A DNA stretch of 64,000 nucleotides, taken from contig JACQID010000004.1 in NCBI GenBank assembly GCA_016198685.1, forward strand, positions 128,001-192,000, given 5' to 3'. Position numbers and translations under genes: made by a program. Below, piece after piece: positions 35,767-45,559 of the stretch. The DNA comes from Candidatus Aenigmatarchaeota archaeon (GTDB taxonomy: Archaea > Aenigmatarchaeota > Aenigmatarchaeia > GW2011-AR5). The first letter of the stretch is position 1; every line of letters starts with the position of its first letter. The notes under the pieces are model-generated. The model was not told where the DNA came from. It made no database searches and saw only the letters and a program-made list of their open reading frames with translations.

Positions 35767-37611
35767 TTATTTACCTTCCTTCTTGAATTCGCCGTCAACT
35801 ATGTTTTCGTCTTTGTTGTTTTGCGTTTTTTCTTCTGTTGTGCTCTGTGGCGCGCCACTCTGCGCCTGCTGATAAATCGAGGCTCCTGCTTCCTGCACTA
35901 CTTTCTGGAGCTTTTCCATCTCCTGTTTTATCGCTGCCGTGTCCCTGCCGTTCATGGCATCCTTGGTAGACTTGAGCGCTGCTTCCATCTTCGTTTTCTG
36001 CTCGCTTGCCAGCTTGTCCGATAGTTCCGAAAGCGTCTTCTCGGCCATGTATATCATGGAATCTGCGTTGTTTCTTACTTCAATTTCTTCCTTTTTTCTT
36101 TTATCCTCTTCCTCATGCTCTTTTGCCGACTTGACCATCCTCTCAATTTCTTTATCATTGAGTTTTGTTGAAGATGTTATGGTCATCTTCTGCTCTTTTT
36201 GGGTTCCAAGGTCCTTTGCAGACACGTTCAGTATGCCAGAAGCATCTATGTCAAACGTGACTTCTATTTGCGGCACGCCACGAGGTGCAGGCGGTAATCC
36301 TACAAGGTTGAACTGCCCCAAACTTGTGTTGTCCGAAGCAAGCGGTCTTTCGCCCTGCAATACGTGTATCGTGACAGCGGTCTGGCTGTCGGCGGCTGTT
36401 GAAAATACCTGGCTTTTCTTTGTCGGAATTGTTGTGTTTCTGTCAATGAGCGGCGTCATCACGCCGCCGAGAGTTTCAATGCCAAGAGTGAGCGGCGTCA
36501 CGTCAAGCAGTACCATATCCTTGACGTCGCCTGCGAGTATGCCTCCTTGTATTGCAGCGCCCATGGCTACGCATTCCATCGGGTCTATCGTTCTTTCGAC
36601 TTTCTTGCCCACTTTTTCTTCCAGGAATTTCTGGATTACGGGCATTCGTGTAGGTCCGCCTACTAGAACGATCTTCGAGATATCAGAAGGCGAGAGCTTT
36701 GCATCGCTAAGCGCCTGATCCACCGGGTGCGCGCATCTGTCTATAATAGGCTGTATAAGCTGCTCGAGTTTTGCTCTGGATATCTTGAGGGAAAGGTGCT
36801 TGGGTCCGTTGGCATCCGCCGTTACATAAGGCAGGTTTATTTCCGTTTCAAGAGTAGTTGAAAGCTCTATCTTTGCTTTCTCACCAGCCTCGCGCACACG
36901 CTGCATGGCCATCTTGTCCTTTTTCAGGTCAGATCCTTCCTGTTTCTTGAATTCCTCGCATATCCAATCTATAATGGCGGTATCCATGTCAGTCCCGCCT
37001 AGGCTCGTGTCGCCTGATGTTGAAAGCACGTTGAATGTTCCGTCGCCGAATTCCATTATCGTGACGTCAAGTGTGCCCCCACCAAGGTCAAAAACTAGTA
37101 TCTTGTGTTCTCCTTCCTTGTCAAGGCCATAGGCCATGCTTGCCGCCGTAGGCTCGTTGACAAGCCTGACAACATCAAGGCCTGCTATTTTTCCGGCATC
37201 CTTGGTTGCTGTACGTTGGTTATCGTTAAAGTATGCTGGTACTGTTATGACTACTTTTGTCACCTTTTCTCCCAGAAATGCTTCGGCATCCGCCTTGATT
37301 TTCTGGAGTATGAATGCTGAAATCTGCTGCGGCGTATATTCCTTGCCATTGATGCTATACCTATGGTCTGTGCCCATCTTTCTTTTTGCAGTGAATACCG
37401 TGCCTTCAGGATTGGAGACAGCCTGCCTTCTTGCAGGTTCCCCTACAAGCAATTGACTGTCTTTAGCGAATGCCACTACAGACGGAAACATTTTCCCAGC
37501 AACTGTTGCGCCCTCTGCTGAGGGAATGATCGTGGGTTTGCCCCCCATCATTACAGCAGCCTGTGAGTTTGATGTTCCCAAATCTATGCCTATTATTCTT
37601 TCTTTAGCCAT
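35767..37611 (-). CDS. dnaK: Chaperone DnaK (Hsp70)
   Basis: [31 protein letters not shown]; start MAKERIIG after GGTGA. Confidence 0.98.
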   Translation of the reverse strand: MAKERIIGIDLGTSNSQAAVMMGGKPTIIPSAEGATVAGKMFPSVVAFAKDSQLLVGEPARRQAVSNPEGTVFTAKRKMGTDHRYSINGKEYTPQQISAFILQKIKADAEAFLGEKVTKVVITVPAYFNDNQRTATKDAGKIAGLDVVRLVNEPTAASMAYGLDKEGEHKILVFDLGGGTLDVTIMEFGDGTFNVLSTSGDTSLGGTDMDTAIIDWICEEFKKQEGSDLKKDKMAMQRVREAGEKAKIELSTTLETEINLPYVTADANGPKHLSLKISRAKLEQLIQPIIDRCAHPVDQALSDAKLSPSDISKIVLVGGPTRMPVIQKFLEEKVGKKVERTIDPMECVAMGAAIQGGILAGDVKDMVLLDVTPLTLGIETLGGVMTPLIDRNTTIPTKKSQVFSTAADSQTAVTIHVLQGERPLASDNTSLGQFNLVGLPPAPRGVPQIEVTFDIDASGILNVSAKDLGTQKEQKMTITSSTKLNDKEIERMVKSAKEHEEEDKRKKEEIEVRNNADSMIYMAEKTLSELSDKLASEQKTKMEAALKSTKDAMNGRDTAAIKQEMEKLQKVVQEAGASIYQQAQSGAPQSTTEEKTQNNKDENIVDGEFKKEGK

Positions 37612-38086
37612 TGATATCACCTTTCATCGAAATTTTTACCTTAGAGGTTCTCAGAACCTTTCCATTGAGCATATAGCCCTTCTGAAATTCTTCGAGTATT
37701 ACCCCGTCTTCGTCGCCTTTTTCACTGACCAGCGCCTCATGATGAGCGGGATTGAAACGCCTGCCTTGGGTATCTATTGCAATAAGCCCATGTTTTTCGA
37801 GAACGCTTAAAAGTTTTTTGTGAAGGGCTTCAGCACCCTGTCCGGCTTTGGCTGCGGCATCAAATGCGTCAAGAACCGGCAGCATGGAAAACATCAATTC
37901 CTCGTTTGCCAGCGCTATTATCGCTTTTCTCTCTTTCTCAAAATGCTTCCTGTAATTGTCAAAATCTGCCTGGAGGTATTTTATCTGCGACAGTCGCTCC
38001 TCTGCGAGCTTTTTCATTTCCGTAAATTCATCATTCTTTTCAGATGGCTGTTCGACTTCAGTTTTCGGTTCGTCCATCTGTAACAA
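37604..38086 (-). CDS. grpE: Nucleotide exchange factor GrpE
   Basis: [32 protein letters not shown]. Confidence 0.95.
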   Translation of the reverse strand: MLQMDEPKTEVEQPSEKNDEFTEMKKLAEERLSQIKYLQADFDNYRKHFEKERKAIIALANEELMFSMLPVLDAFDAAAKAGQGAEALHKKLLSVLEKHGLIAIDTQGRRFNPAHHEALVSEKGDEDGVILEEFQKGYMLNGKVLRTSKVKISMKGDING

Positions 38087-38115
38087 TCTTTCAAAAATTA
38101 TAAAAAGAAACAGAA

Positions 38116-38550
38116 CTACTTTATTTCAACGGTATTCTGTTCGTCTTTTTTTGGCGTTTTCGCCTTTTGGCATGGGTTACTTTGAGTACGCCGTTTGTAG
38201 GTAGCTTGAACTTGGTTAGGGATGATTCTGGAAGGAAGCCCAATTGCCCTGTAAAACGTTCTATAGATTCTTTCCTCCCTTATCACATCCTCATCTTCCA
38301 CGCTTACGTCATCCCTCTTTTCTACCATTACCTCGAGCCTTCTATCCGTAACTGTGAGCTGTATGGCTTCTTTTTCAACTCCATGCAGTTCTATCATATT
38401 TTCGTTTGTTTCTTTCAAGTTTGTGAGCGATTCGCGAATGTCTATATATTCATCACTTAGATTAGGCAGCAGCCTGTAAGAACCTAACATTCTGTTCATC
38501 TCCGGCTGCATCCTGCGGATTTCCCCCACAATGTCTCTCATGGCAGCCAC
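38116..38550 (-). pseudogene. Hsp20/alpha-crystallin small heat-shock gene with compensating internal frameshifts
   Basis: GVEKEAIQL, ER.YRTFYRAI.LP are in frame. The expected NGVLKVT strand is encoded in a shifted frame at about 38177-38196, and the frame is restored before the TVEIK tail. Confidence 0.6.
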
Positions 38551-38609
38551 CTCCGGTTCAATAGAACAAAATCTTGAATTGTTTTAATAACACATTAAAG
38601 TATTTAAAT

Positions 38610-39038
38610 ATGGGTATATATTATTTGGAAATGCAAGAGATTATTGTAAGACGATTATGGGCTCCGCTTCGGTCGGAAGAAGATATGGAATGGTTTTGTC
38701 GTTCTTTGGGGCTTTTAGGCAAACGAGACAGGGGCAAGACCGGAATGAGGATTTTTCTGTTATTAGCCTATGCTGCCAGGGAAAACCAGACAATGGATAT
38801 TGATAAGCTAGCAGAAAAAATGAACATGACCCGCACCGCAATTATCCATCATATCAAAGCCATGGAAGCTAAGGGTCTTGTTGAAAGGAGAAATGGCAAA
38901 GTTGGATTGCGCGCCTACAATTTCGAGAGCATCGTTAATGAGATAAGAAAAGATATGCTTCGCACAATAGAATCCATCCGGGAAATAGCTGAAGAGATGG
39001 ATCGGAAGATGAATATGCCTGTACGAAAGAAAGACTAA
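38610..39038 (+). CDS. Winged-helix (ArsR/TrmB-like) transcriptional regulator, divergent from hsp20-grpE-dnaK
   Basis: IDKLAEKMNMTRTAIIHHIKAMEAKGLVER HTH; start 38610 or 38631. Confidence 0.8.
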   Translation: MGIYYLEMQEIIVRRLWAPLRSEEDMEWFCRSLGLLGKRDRGKTGMRIFLLLAYAARENQTMDIDKLAEKMNMTRTAIIHHIKAMEAKGLVERRNGKVGLRAYNFESIVNEIRKDMLRTIESIREIAEEMDRKMNMPVRKKD

Positions 39039-39106
39039 TTATTTATTCGACTTGATAGTATGATTATACAACCGGTGAGACTCTGAATATTACAATTTAC
39101 GATTAC

Positions 39107-39823
39107 ATGATAGTTGCACTTTCTGCGCTTGCCGCTTTTAGTATATATACAAGTGGGATTTCAACAATTACGCATTTTGCCATAATAATAGGAATTGCAA
39201 CCGCCCTTGATATATTCATAAACTATTTTCTATACAAAGAAAAACCAATGCCTAAAAGCGCGATAATAACAGGATTCATAATTGCCCTGATACTTGCGCC
39301 ATCTTCAGCATTATGGGCGCAAGTTGGCATCCCGCTATTCGCCATAGCTTCAAAACATATCATAAAATGGAAAAAAGTGAATGTTTTTAATCCTGCCGCC
39401 CTTGCATTGCTTATAGGAGGTTTTGTAGGTGCCCTGCCTTCATGGTGGGCAGTGTCTCCTCTCGTATGGCCGCTTGGCATTTTCATAAGCTGGAAGATGC
39501 GAAAACTCGAAATTTCACTTTCGTTTCTTGCCGCTTATTTCATTCTTTTCACAGCTCTTGGCAGGATAGATCCTGGAATGGAAGTTATGGGCTCTGCCGC
39601 GATGTTTCTTGCGTTCTTCATGGCCACTGAACCGAAAACAACCCCTTCATCAGGGAACGGAAAAATTATTTTTGGAATTCTATTGGCAATACTAAGCTTA
39701 GGTATTGCGATGGTTGTGCCGGCAGTTGATTTTCTGCTGGGAGCGCTTCTTATATCTAATATTTTCAAGAACCATTTGAATGCTGTAAAATTTGCGTTCT
39801 TTGGGAATAAGCTATTTTTATAG
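39107..39823 (+). CDS. RnfD/NqrB-like membrane protein, short stand-alone form
   Basis: SAIITG, SKHII, VFNPAA, FFMATEPKTTP; many TMs. Confidence 0.72.
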   Translation: MIVALSALAAFSIYTSGISTITHFAIIIGIATALDIFINYFLYKEKPMPKSAIITGFIIALILAPSSALWAQVGIPLFAIASKHIIKWKKVNVFNPAALALLIGGFVGALPSWWAVSPLVWPLGIFISWKMRKLEISLSFLAAYFILFTALGRIDPGMEVMGSAAMFLAFFMATEPKTTPSSGNGKIIFGILLAILSLGIAMVVPAVDFLLGALLISNIFKNHLNAVKFAFFGNKLFL

Positions 39824-39912
39824 AATACCGTTTCTTCATATTCCGCTATATGCCTGTAAGATTGCATCTTTGTTCGTCTATTATTTCTGAAAAGAACGCC
39901 CGACGGTACATT

Positions 39913-40179
39913 TTACCTATCCGTTTGACAGAACCCAGAGATGCATGGTATCATCGCCTTCTTTCTCGCCCTGCTCATGGATTTTATTTCTATTTCCCTT
40001 CGCATGGCCTCGCTTTTTGTTGCATATTCTTCGCTGTAAATCAGAAGAAACGGCAGCCTAGACCTTACGTATTTTGATCCTTTGCCGTTTTGATGCGCTT
40101 CAAGGCGCTTCTTTAGATCCTTGGCGATGCCAGTATACAAAGAGCCGTCGCTGCATTCAAGGATGTAGAGATGATACAT
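39913..40179 (-). CDS. GIY-YIG nuclease family protein (YazA/UPF0213-like)
   Basis: YILECSDGSLYTG, RLEAH, EAMRREIEIK. Confidence 0.9.
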   Translation of the reverse strand: MYHLYILECSDGSLYTGIAKDLKKRLEAHQNGKGSKYVRSRLPFLLIYSEEYATKSEAMRREIEIKSMSRARKKAMIPCISGFCQTDR

Positions 40180-40214
40180 TTTGCTATAGGCACATGGATA
40201 AATTTATAGTATCT

Positions 40215-40517
40215 ATGATCGGAAAAGCTATTTATGTTCTCCGTTTAAATGAAAATATGCCTATTGAATATCGGATCGTAGATTTGCGGGATATACAAGG
40301 TCGCGGCGGAGTTAAACCCGTTGAAGCATATTTACCAATGCCGCCCCATCATGATTTGCCATTTGTCAGGGTAAAATATATGGTTAATGGCACGCAGATG
40401 CTCAATGTATTCGACCGTGATAAACGCGTAAATTTTATGCACGATCAGGGAGAGCCATGGTATAACGATCTAAAGGAATTATTGCCCGATATATTGGAAC
40501 GTACAGATAGAAAATAA
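40215..40517 (+). CDS. Hypothetical protein
   Basis: The 5' part of the track ORF (40074) overlaps the GIY-YIG gene antisense, so a later start was chosen; start uncertain. Confidence 0.5.
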   Translation: MIGKAIYVLRLNENMPIEYRIVDLRDIQGRGGVKPVEAYLPMPPHHDLPFVRVKYMVNGTQMLNVFDRDKRVNFMHDQGEPWYNDLKELLPDILERTDRK

Positions 40518-40592
40518 TGACGTAATGGATCATCTGCATACAAAGTTAATGATGATTCATGAACATTCGCAATCCACTGGATATTGCTTCTC

Positions 40593-40907
40593 CTACAACT
40601 CGGAAAACGCTTCAGCGTTATATGTCCATAGTTTGCACATGCGTCTTCCGCGAACAGGACCCCTTTGTATTTCATAAATGTTGGATGTAAAATCGCGTAT
40701 GTCGGTACCTGCTTGGAAAAATAGAGAGAATTTGCCGTGAAGTATTGCGTTTACGCGTGCTGTGTCATAAAGAGGACCGTAGTAGGATCGTAAATGATCC
40801 CTTATTTCAGGGACAGTTGCATATCCACCTTTTGTGTTTATTGCTTCTTTTATTCTCCCCCATACGAGAGGATTGCTTAAATCATCAGCTTTATATTTCA
40901 TCATCAA
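40593..40907 (-). CDS. Hypothetical protein, possible winged helix
   Basis: Directly downstream of EF-2; ATVPEIRDHL helix pattern only. Confidence 0.55.
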   Translation of the reverse strand: MMMKYKADDLSNPLVWGRIKEAINTKGGYATVPEIRDHLRSYYGPLYDTARVNAILHGKFSLFFQAGTDIRDFTSNIYEIQRGPVRGRRMCKLWTYNAEAFSEL

Positions 40908-40917
40908 GTGATGTCAA

Positions 40918-43086
40918 TCAGACTACAGGATCAGGAAGTCCCTTGCGTTGCCTGATTTTGCGGACGACTTCTTGTCTGAGTTCTTCGGGCATTCTTTCAA
41001 ATGTGACGTCAACCAAAGAGTAAAATCCCTTGCCTCCTGTGTTGCTCTTAAGAGCCGCTTCCATGCCGAACGTGTCGGCTACGGGTATCTTAGCTTTGAC
41101 CGCGGCAGTACCCTGCTCTATTGTCGTGTCCAGAACCTGGCCTCGTCTGTTCTGAACAAGGCTCATGACATTGCCTACCGTTTCTTCAGGAGTATCGATT
41201 CTTATTACCTGCAGCGGCTCAAGGAGTGAAGGCTTTGCGTTCATCATGGCGCGCTTGATAGCCTGTGCAACGGTCGGGATGACCTGCGCGGGGCCTCTGT
41301 GGACGTTGTCCTCGTGCAGGTTAGCATCTGTGATTATGACTTTCATTTCGCTGCATGCTTCGCCTGCGAGAGGGCCGGATTCTGTGACGCTCTCGAAAGC
41401 CTCGATAACGAGCTTCATGACTTCATGCAAGTATTGGACTCCTTTAGTGCCATCTATGAGCAGGTTCTTGTTGTGTGAAGCCACTATCTTTTTGGCTTCA
41501 TCCCTGTTCATGCCTGCATCTACAAGCAATTGTACAGCGCCTTTGAGGTTCTTCTTTATCATCGTATCGTCAACCTTGCCCTCCTCAAGGACCTTGAAGA
41601 CTTCAGGCTCTATAGGTTCAACACGCACAACAAATTTGTTGTGCTTGTTAGGCGATTTTTCTTCCACTTCAGGCGATAAAGCGCGTATGGTTTCTCTATA
41701 CATGACTATTGGCAAGGATGTCTTGACTGCTATGCCCCTGTCTTTCAACGGACGCTCGATCTTGGCATCTATGTGAAGTTCGCCAAGCCCTGAAATGAGA
41801 GTCTCTCCTGTTTCTTCATTAATCTTGGAAACAAGAGTCGGGTCTTCCCTTGTTGCGTTCCTTAAGAATGATATGAGCTTGGCGAGATCGCCCGGGTTCT
41901 CGCATTCAACGCTCTTGGTAACCACGGGTTCAAAGATGTGCTTTATGCTTTCGAATGGATAGATTTCTTTGGAAGATATCGTTTCTCCGGAGAAAGCGTC
42001 GTTCAGGCCTACTATGCCTACTATGTTGCCTGCAGTGATCTCGTCCATTTGGATTCTCTGCGGACCCTTGTAAATAGAAACTTGCTGGACTCTTTCCTTC
42101 TTTTTCTGGCCTATCAGATAAACCTCATCACCCTTTCTGATGGTGCCCGAGAACAATCTTGCTGTAGCAACGTATCCTGCGTGAGGGTCTGGATTGACTT
42201 TTGTTATTATTGCAGAAAGCGCGCCGTGCTCATTGAGCTTAATCATGTCCTGGCCTTCAGGCAATGTGACATCGCCCTTCCATATTTTGCCTATTCTGTA
42301 TGCCTGAGCCTGTCTTGGGTCTGGCAAATGCTTGATGACCATGTTTAATATAATCTTGTGCAACGGCGCCTTTTTATTGAGTTCGTCATCCTTGCCCTGG
42401 GAAGACAGGTCTATTATTTCCTTGAAGGTGAGGCCGGTTGCCTTCATATAAGGCACGGATATAGCCCATTTCCTATAGGCGCTTCCGAATGCGACAGAGC
42501 CGTTATCGACCTTGACGTACCACTTTTCGGCAAATTCCTTCTCTGCATACTTGCTTATGAGACCGTTGACTTGGCCGATTATTCTTACGAATCTTTCCTG
42601 CATCTGCTCAGGAGAGAACTGCAATTCTTTGATTAGCCTGTCGACCTTATTTATGAAAAGAACAGGCTTTACTCTTTCTCGGAGAGCCTGCCTTATCACC
42701 GTTTCAGTCTGCGGCATTACTCCTTCGACCGCATCAGTAAGTATGACTGCGCCGTCTACTGCACGCATGGCTCTTGTAACATCGCCTCCAAAATCCACAT
42801 GGCCCGGAGTGTCGATAAGGTTGATAAGATAATTCTCGCCATTAAGCTCATGCACCATGGAGACGTTGGCTGCGAATATGGTAATGCCTCTTTCCTGCTC
42901 CTGCTTGTCGAAATCCATGAACTGCTGCTGTCCTGCGAGTTCTTCGGCTATCATGCCTGCACCTGCCACAAGATTATCAGACGTTGTAGTCTTTCCGTGG
43001 TCAATATGTGCGGCTATTCCTATGTTCCTTATGTATTCAGGCTTATGCATGAGGCCCTTAATAATTTCAGTCTTGTCTTTTGCCAT
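40918..43086 (-). CDS. fusA: Archaeal translation elongation factor EF-2
   Basis: AHIDHGKTT, DTPGHVDF, NKVD, HEDNVHRGPAQ (diphthamide His); start MAKDK. Confidence 0.98.
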   Translation of the reverse strand: MAKDKTEIIKGLMHKPEYIRNIGIAAHIDHGKTTTSDNLVAGAGMIAEELAGQQQFMDFDKQEQERGITIFAANVSMVHELNGENYLINLIDTPGHVDFGGDVTRAMRAVDGAVILTDAVEGVMPQTETVIRQALRERVKPVLFINKVDRLIKELQFSPEQMQERFVRIIGQVNGLISKYAEKEFAEKWYVKVDNGSVAFGSAYRKWAISVPYMKATGLTFKEIIDLSSQGKDDELNKKAPLHKIILNMVIKHLPDPRQAQAYRIGKIWKGDVTLPEGQDMIKLNEHGALSAIITKVNPDPHAGYVATARLFSGTIRKGDEVYLIGQKKKERVQQVSIYKGPQRIQMDEITAGNIVGIVGLNDAFSGETISSKEIYPFESIKHIFEPVVTKSVECENPGDLAKLISFLRNATREDPTLVSKINEETGETLISGLGELHIDAKIERPLKDRGIAVKTSLPIVMYRETIRALSPEVEEKSPNKHNKFVVRVEPIEPEVFKVLEEGKVDDTMIKKNLKGAVQLLVDAGMNRDEAKKIVASHNKNLLIDGTKGVQYLHEVMKLVIEAFESVTESGPLAGEACSEMKVIITDANLHEDNVHRGPAQVIPTVAQAIKRAMMNAKPSLLEPLQVIRIDTPEETVGNVMSLVQNRRGQVLDTTIEQGTAAVKAKIPVADTFGMEAALKSNTGGKGFYSLVDVTFERMPEELRQEVVRKIRQRKGLPDPVV

Positions 43087-43108
43087 AAAAGCACCTTTAA
43101 AAATCAGC

Positions 43109-43789
43109 TTAGCGCGCTCCCATTGCTTCTCTTTCAAGTCTTTCTTTCTCCTTGAAAGCATGGCTGTCTGTGGAAGCATTAGATGCAGCTATAATCTCTT
43201 CGGCCAAGGCTTCTTCTGCGCTCCTCTTCTTGCCAAAAGAAGCCTTGTATACGCCTTGTGCCATTATTCTTAGGGTCTTGTCTATCCTTCTCTGAGGCGA
43301 CATTATGACGGCATCTCTGGCCATTATGCTACCCATTTGGTAGGATGTGATTTCTTCCCTGGGGGCTGCGTTCTCTATGGCTTTTACGAGAACCTGTACA
43401 GGATTTGTCTTGGTTCTGCTTTCAATTATTTCAAATGCTTTCTCGATTGTGGCGAGGTTCCTGTCGCATTTTCCGCCGAGCTGGCCGGATGTAAGTCTGT
43501 GCCTCTTTCCAGCGTGACCGGGCACCATCATATGAAGTGCGAGTCTTTCCACGATATGCATCTTAGACTTGTGGAATCTCTGGCTGCTCATAGCGCCATA
43601 ATTCTTGGGTATCATCACAGGCCTTACTGTTATGTATTTCTGCAGACCGGGTTCTGTGAATTCAGCCGTGTTTGACCATCTGCCGAAGAGCTTGATATCA
43701 GGAAGCTTGATGCTGGCTTCCTTGGAAACATGCTTAGGAGCAGGCTTCTGTTCTGTTGCATTGTCAAAACGTTTTCTTCTAATCATCAT
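43109..43789 (-). CDS. rps7: 30S ribosomal protein S7 (uS7)
   Basis: IKLFGRW, IVERL, NPVQVLVKAIENAAPREE, SPQRRID. Confidence 0.96.
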   Translation of the reverse strand: MMIRRKRFDNATEQKPAPKHVSKEASIKLPDIKLFGRWSNTAEFTEPGLQKYITVRPVMIPKNYGAMSSQRFHKSKMHIVERLALHMMVPGHAGKRHRLTSGQLGGKCDRNLATIEKAFEIIESRTKTNPVQVLVKAIENAAPREEITSYQMGSIMARDAVIMSPQRRIDKTLRIMAQGVYKASFGKKRSAEEALAEEIIAASNASTDSHAFKEKERLEREAMGAR

Positions 43790-43795
43790 AGCACC

Positions 43796-44221
43796 TTATC
43801 TTGCAGGTTTCTGCTTCTTGCCAAGACGCAGCATTTCCAGGGAAATGCCATTGACCTTGAAGACTTTCCACTTGACGCCAGGGATAGAACCGACCGGACC
43901 GCCTTGTGAGCCGCCTATTCCTTCCACTGTGACCTGGTCGTGTTCTGTTATCTGGTTGATCGCCGCGGTCTTGGGAACGTGGGCGGTTATCTGCTTTCCG
44001 TTCTTGACAAGCCTGATACGAACGCATTTGATCATGCCGGATGAAGGCTGCTTTTGCTCCATCTGTCTCTTCTCAAGAACTATGCCTTTTGCCTGGGGTG
44101 CGCCCTCCATAGGATCCATCTTGTCCTGGAAGTGGAATACGCGGTCCCTGAATATTTCTTTCTTGAGTTTGAATTTCTTCCTGTTTTTCTTCAGTTTCCT
44201 AGCTGCAAAGTTTCCTGCCAT
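43796..44221 (-). CDS. rps12: 30S ribosomal protein S12 (uS12)
   Basis: GIVLEK, KQPSSGMIKCVRI.L.KNGK.ITA, GSIPGVKWKV. Confidence 0.96.
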   Translation of the reverse strand: MAGNFAARKLKKNRKKFKLKKEIFRDRVFHFQDKMDPMEGAPQAKGIVLEKRQMEQKQPSSGMIKCVRIRLVKNGKQITAHVPKTAAINQITEHDQVTVEGIGGSQGGPVGSIPGVKWKVFKVNGISLEMLRLGKKQKPAR

Positions 44222-44359
44222 AATTGAACTAATCTCTTTCATTGTAAAAGGTTAAAAAGGTTCTTGTCGCAACGGAAATTCAAATGGCGCTATAGATAAG
44301 ATTTATAAAAATATTCTTATAGAGATTTAAGGATATTGAAATTTCCAAGTTCCCGGGCA

Positions 44360-44839
44360 TCAAATGCAATTCATTGATTTGCGTGCATGCGGATATTTTT
44401 TCATCGTATCGCGCAGGAGCGCATCTGCCGCATCAAACTTTTTTCTTTGACCAAGATAATCGTTGTCCCGCGTCAAAAGTTCCTTGAGCTTGTATGAATC
44501 AGAATCAGCTCCATGCACTTGAATTCTGTCTACATTGCCGTTGCCGTCAGTGTCGTGATAAAATTCTGCATCGCCAAACCGGTGGCCGATAGGAGAATAA
44601 ACATGCATCTCCTGCGAGCAGTCTGGATAGACCATATAGTCGACATGCCCAAAAGGACCTCTTGGATAGGAAATTAGGTGATATCCAGAAGTTCTCTGAT
44701 CCGCAGTGTTTTGCGTTTCATTGGAATTTTTGCTTAGTAAATAAGCTGCGCCAAGAATGCCAGGCATGGCTAGTATTGTAAGGCCAAGCAGCCAGTACAC
44801 GGGTTCCCCGGGAATCCTGATTTTCATAGAATTAAGCAA
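44360..44839 (-). CDS. Membrane-anchored hypothetical protein inserted between nusA and rps12
   Basis: N-terminal TM; DTDGNGNVD Ca-binding-like loop. Confidence 0.65.
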   Translation of the reverse strand: MLNSMKIRIPGEPVYWLLGLTILAMPGILGAAYLLSKNSNETQNTADQRTSGYHLISYPRGPFGHVDYMVYPDCSQEMHVYSPIGHRFGDAEFYHDTDGNGNVDRIQVHGADSDSYKLKELLTRDNDYLGQRKKFDAADALLRDTMKKYPHARKSMNCI

Positions 44840-44860
44840 TATATGAAAGATAAAAATGCG

Positions 44861-45280
44861 TTATAATCTCATGGGCGTCAAAAGCTTGATGTTCTTCTTG
44901 CTGTAAAGGCGCTCAATTAAATTATTGAGTATCTTTATTTTTCCGCCATTGCGTCCTATGACTTTTGGGCGGTCATGACCGTTGATATTTATTTCCACGG
45001 CATCATCTTTAGCGGCTATTTTTTTTGCTTCAGGGATTGCATTTTTAAGAAAATCTTCGACTGTATCGGCATATTCAAATATCCTGATCCTTTTCTTGAA
45101 AAGAGCTTCTGCTTTCTTGATTTTTTCGCCGCTTTTCCCGACAGCCATTCCGTACTGCCCCTTGTCAACCACAAAATACAGAGTGTCCTCATCTGTCATG
45201 GAATCTATGACATATGCTCCTGTCAATTTCTGGAAGAAACTGATTGACTGTATAGTCTGTTCGTCTAAAATAACTTTCAT
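44861..45280 (-). CDS. nusA: Archaeal NusA (KH domains)
   Basis: GMAVGKSG, VIGRNGGKI; position after L30e. Confidence 0.92.
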   Translation of the reverse strand: MKVILDEQTIQSISFFQKLTGAYVIDSMTDEDTLYFVVDKGQYGMAVGKSGEKIKKAEALFKKRIRIFEYADTVEDFLKNAIPEAKKIAAKDDAVEININGHDRPKVIGRNGGKIKILNNLIERLYSKKNIKLLTPMRL

Positions 45281-45293
45281 AGGAATCAGGCTA

Positions 45294-45524
45294 CTACTCA
45301 AATCCTGCCATAGCTACAGGGAACGGCTTTCCGAGCTTGGTTGCAAGCTCTCTTTCATTTCCTTCAAATATGTGCACTTGCGTGTTGCCAAGTTTATTGA
45401 CAAGGTCTTGAGGGCAATTGTTTGCTACGATAACTTCCTTCACTTTTCCGGTTGCGATAGCCTTGATTATTTCTCTTGTGCCGATAACGGCTTTCTTTTC
45501 AGGAAGTTTCGAAATTGTTTCCAT
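45294..45524 (-). CDS. rpl30e: 50S ribosomal protein L30e
   Basis: VIGTRE..KA, VIVANNCP, ELATKLGKPFPV; conserved position. Confidence 0.88.
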   Translation of the reverse strand: METISKLPEKKAVIGTREIIKAIATGKVKEVIVANNCPQDLVNKLGNTQVHIFEGNERELATKLGKPFPVAMAGFE

Positions 45525-45559
45525 AGATTAATCATCCAGTCAAAGGATAAAAAGCTGAC

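Noticed and set aside
38555-38585. CAAAAT/ATCTTG half-sites upstream of hsp20, also seen upstream of groES (about 53887-53901)
   Set aside because: Spacing differs between the two sites and the match is short and AT-rich; it is not CIRCE. A motif search across orthologous promoters would be needed.
41270-41330. EF-2 diphthamide loop checked for loss of the target His
   Set aside because: HEDNVHRGPAQ retains the His; ordinary.
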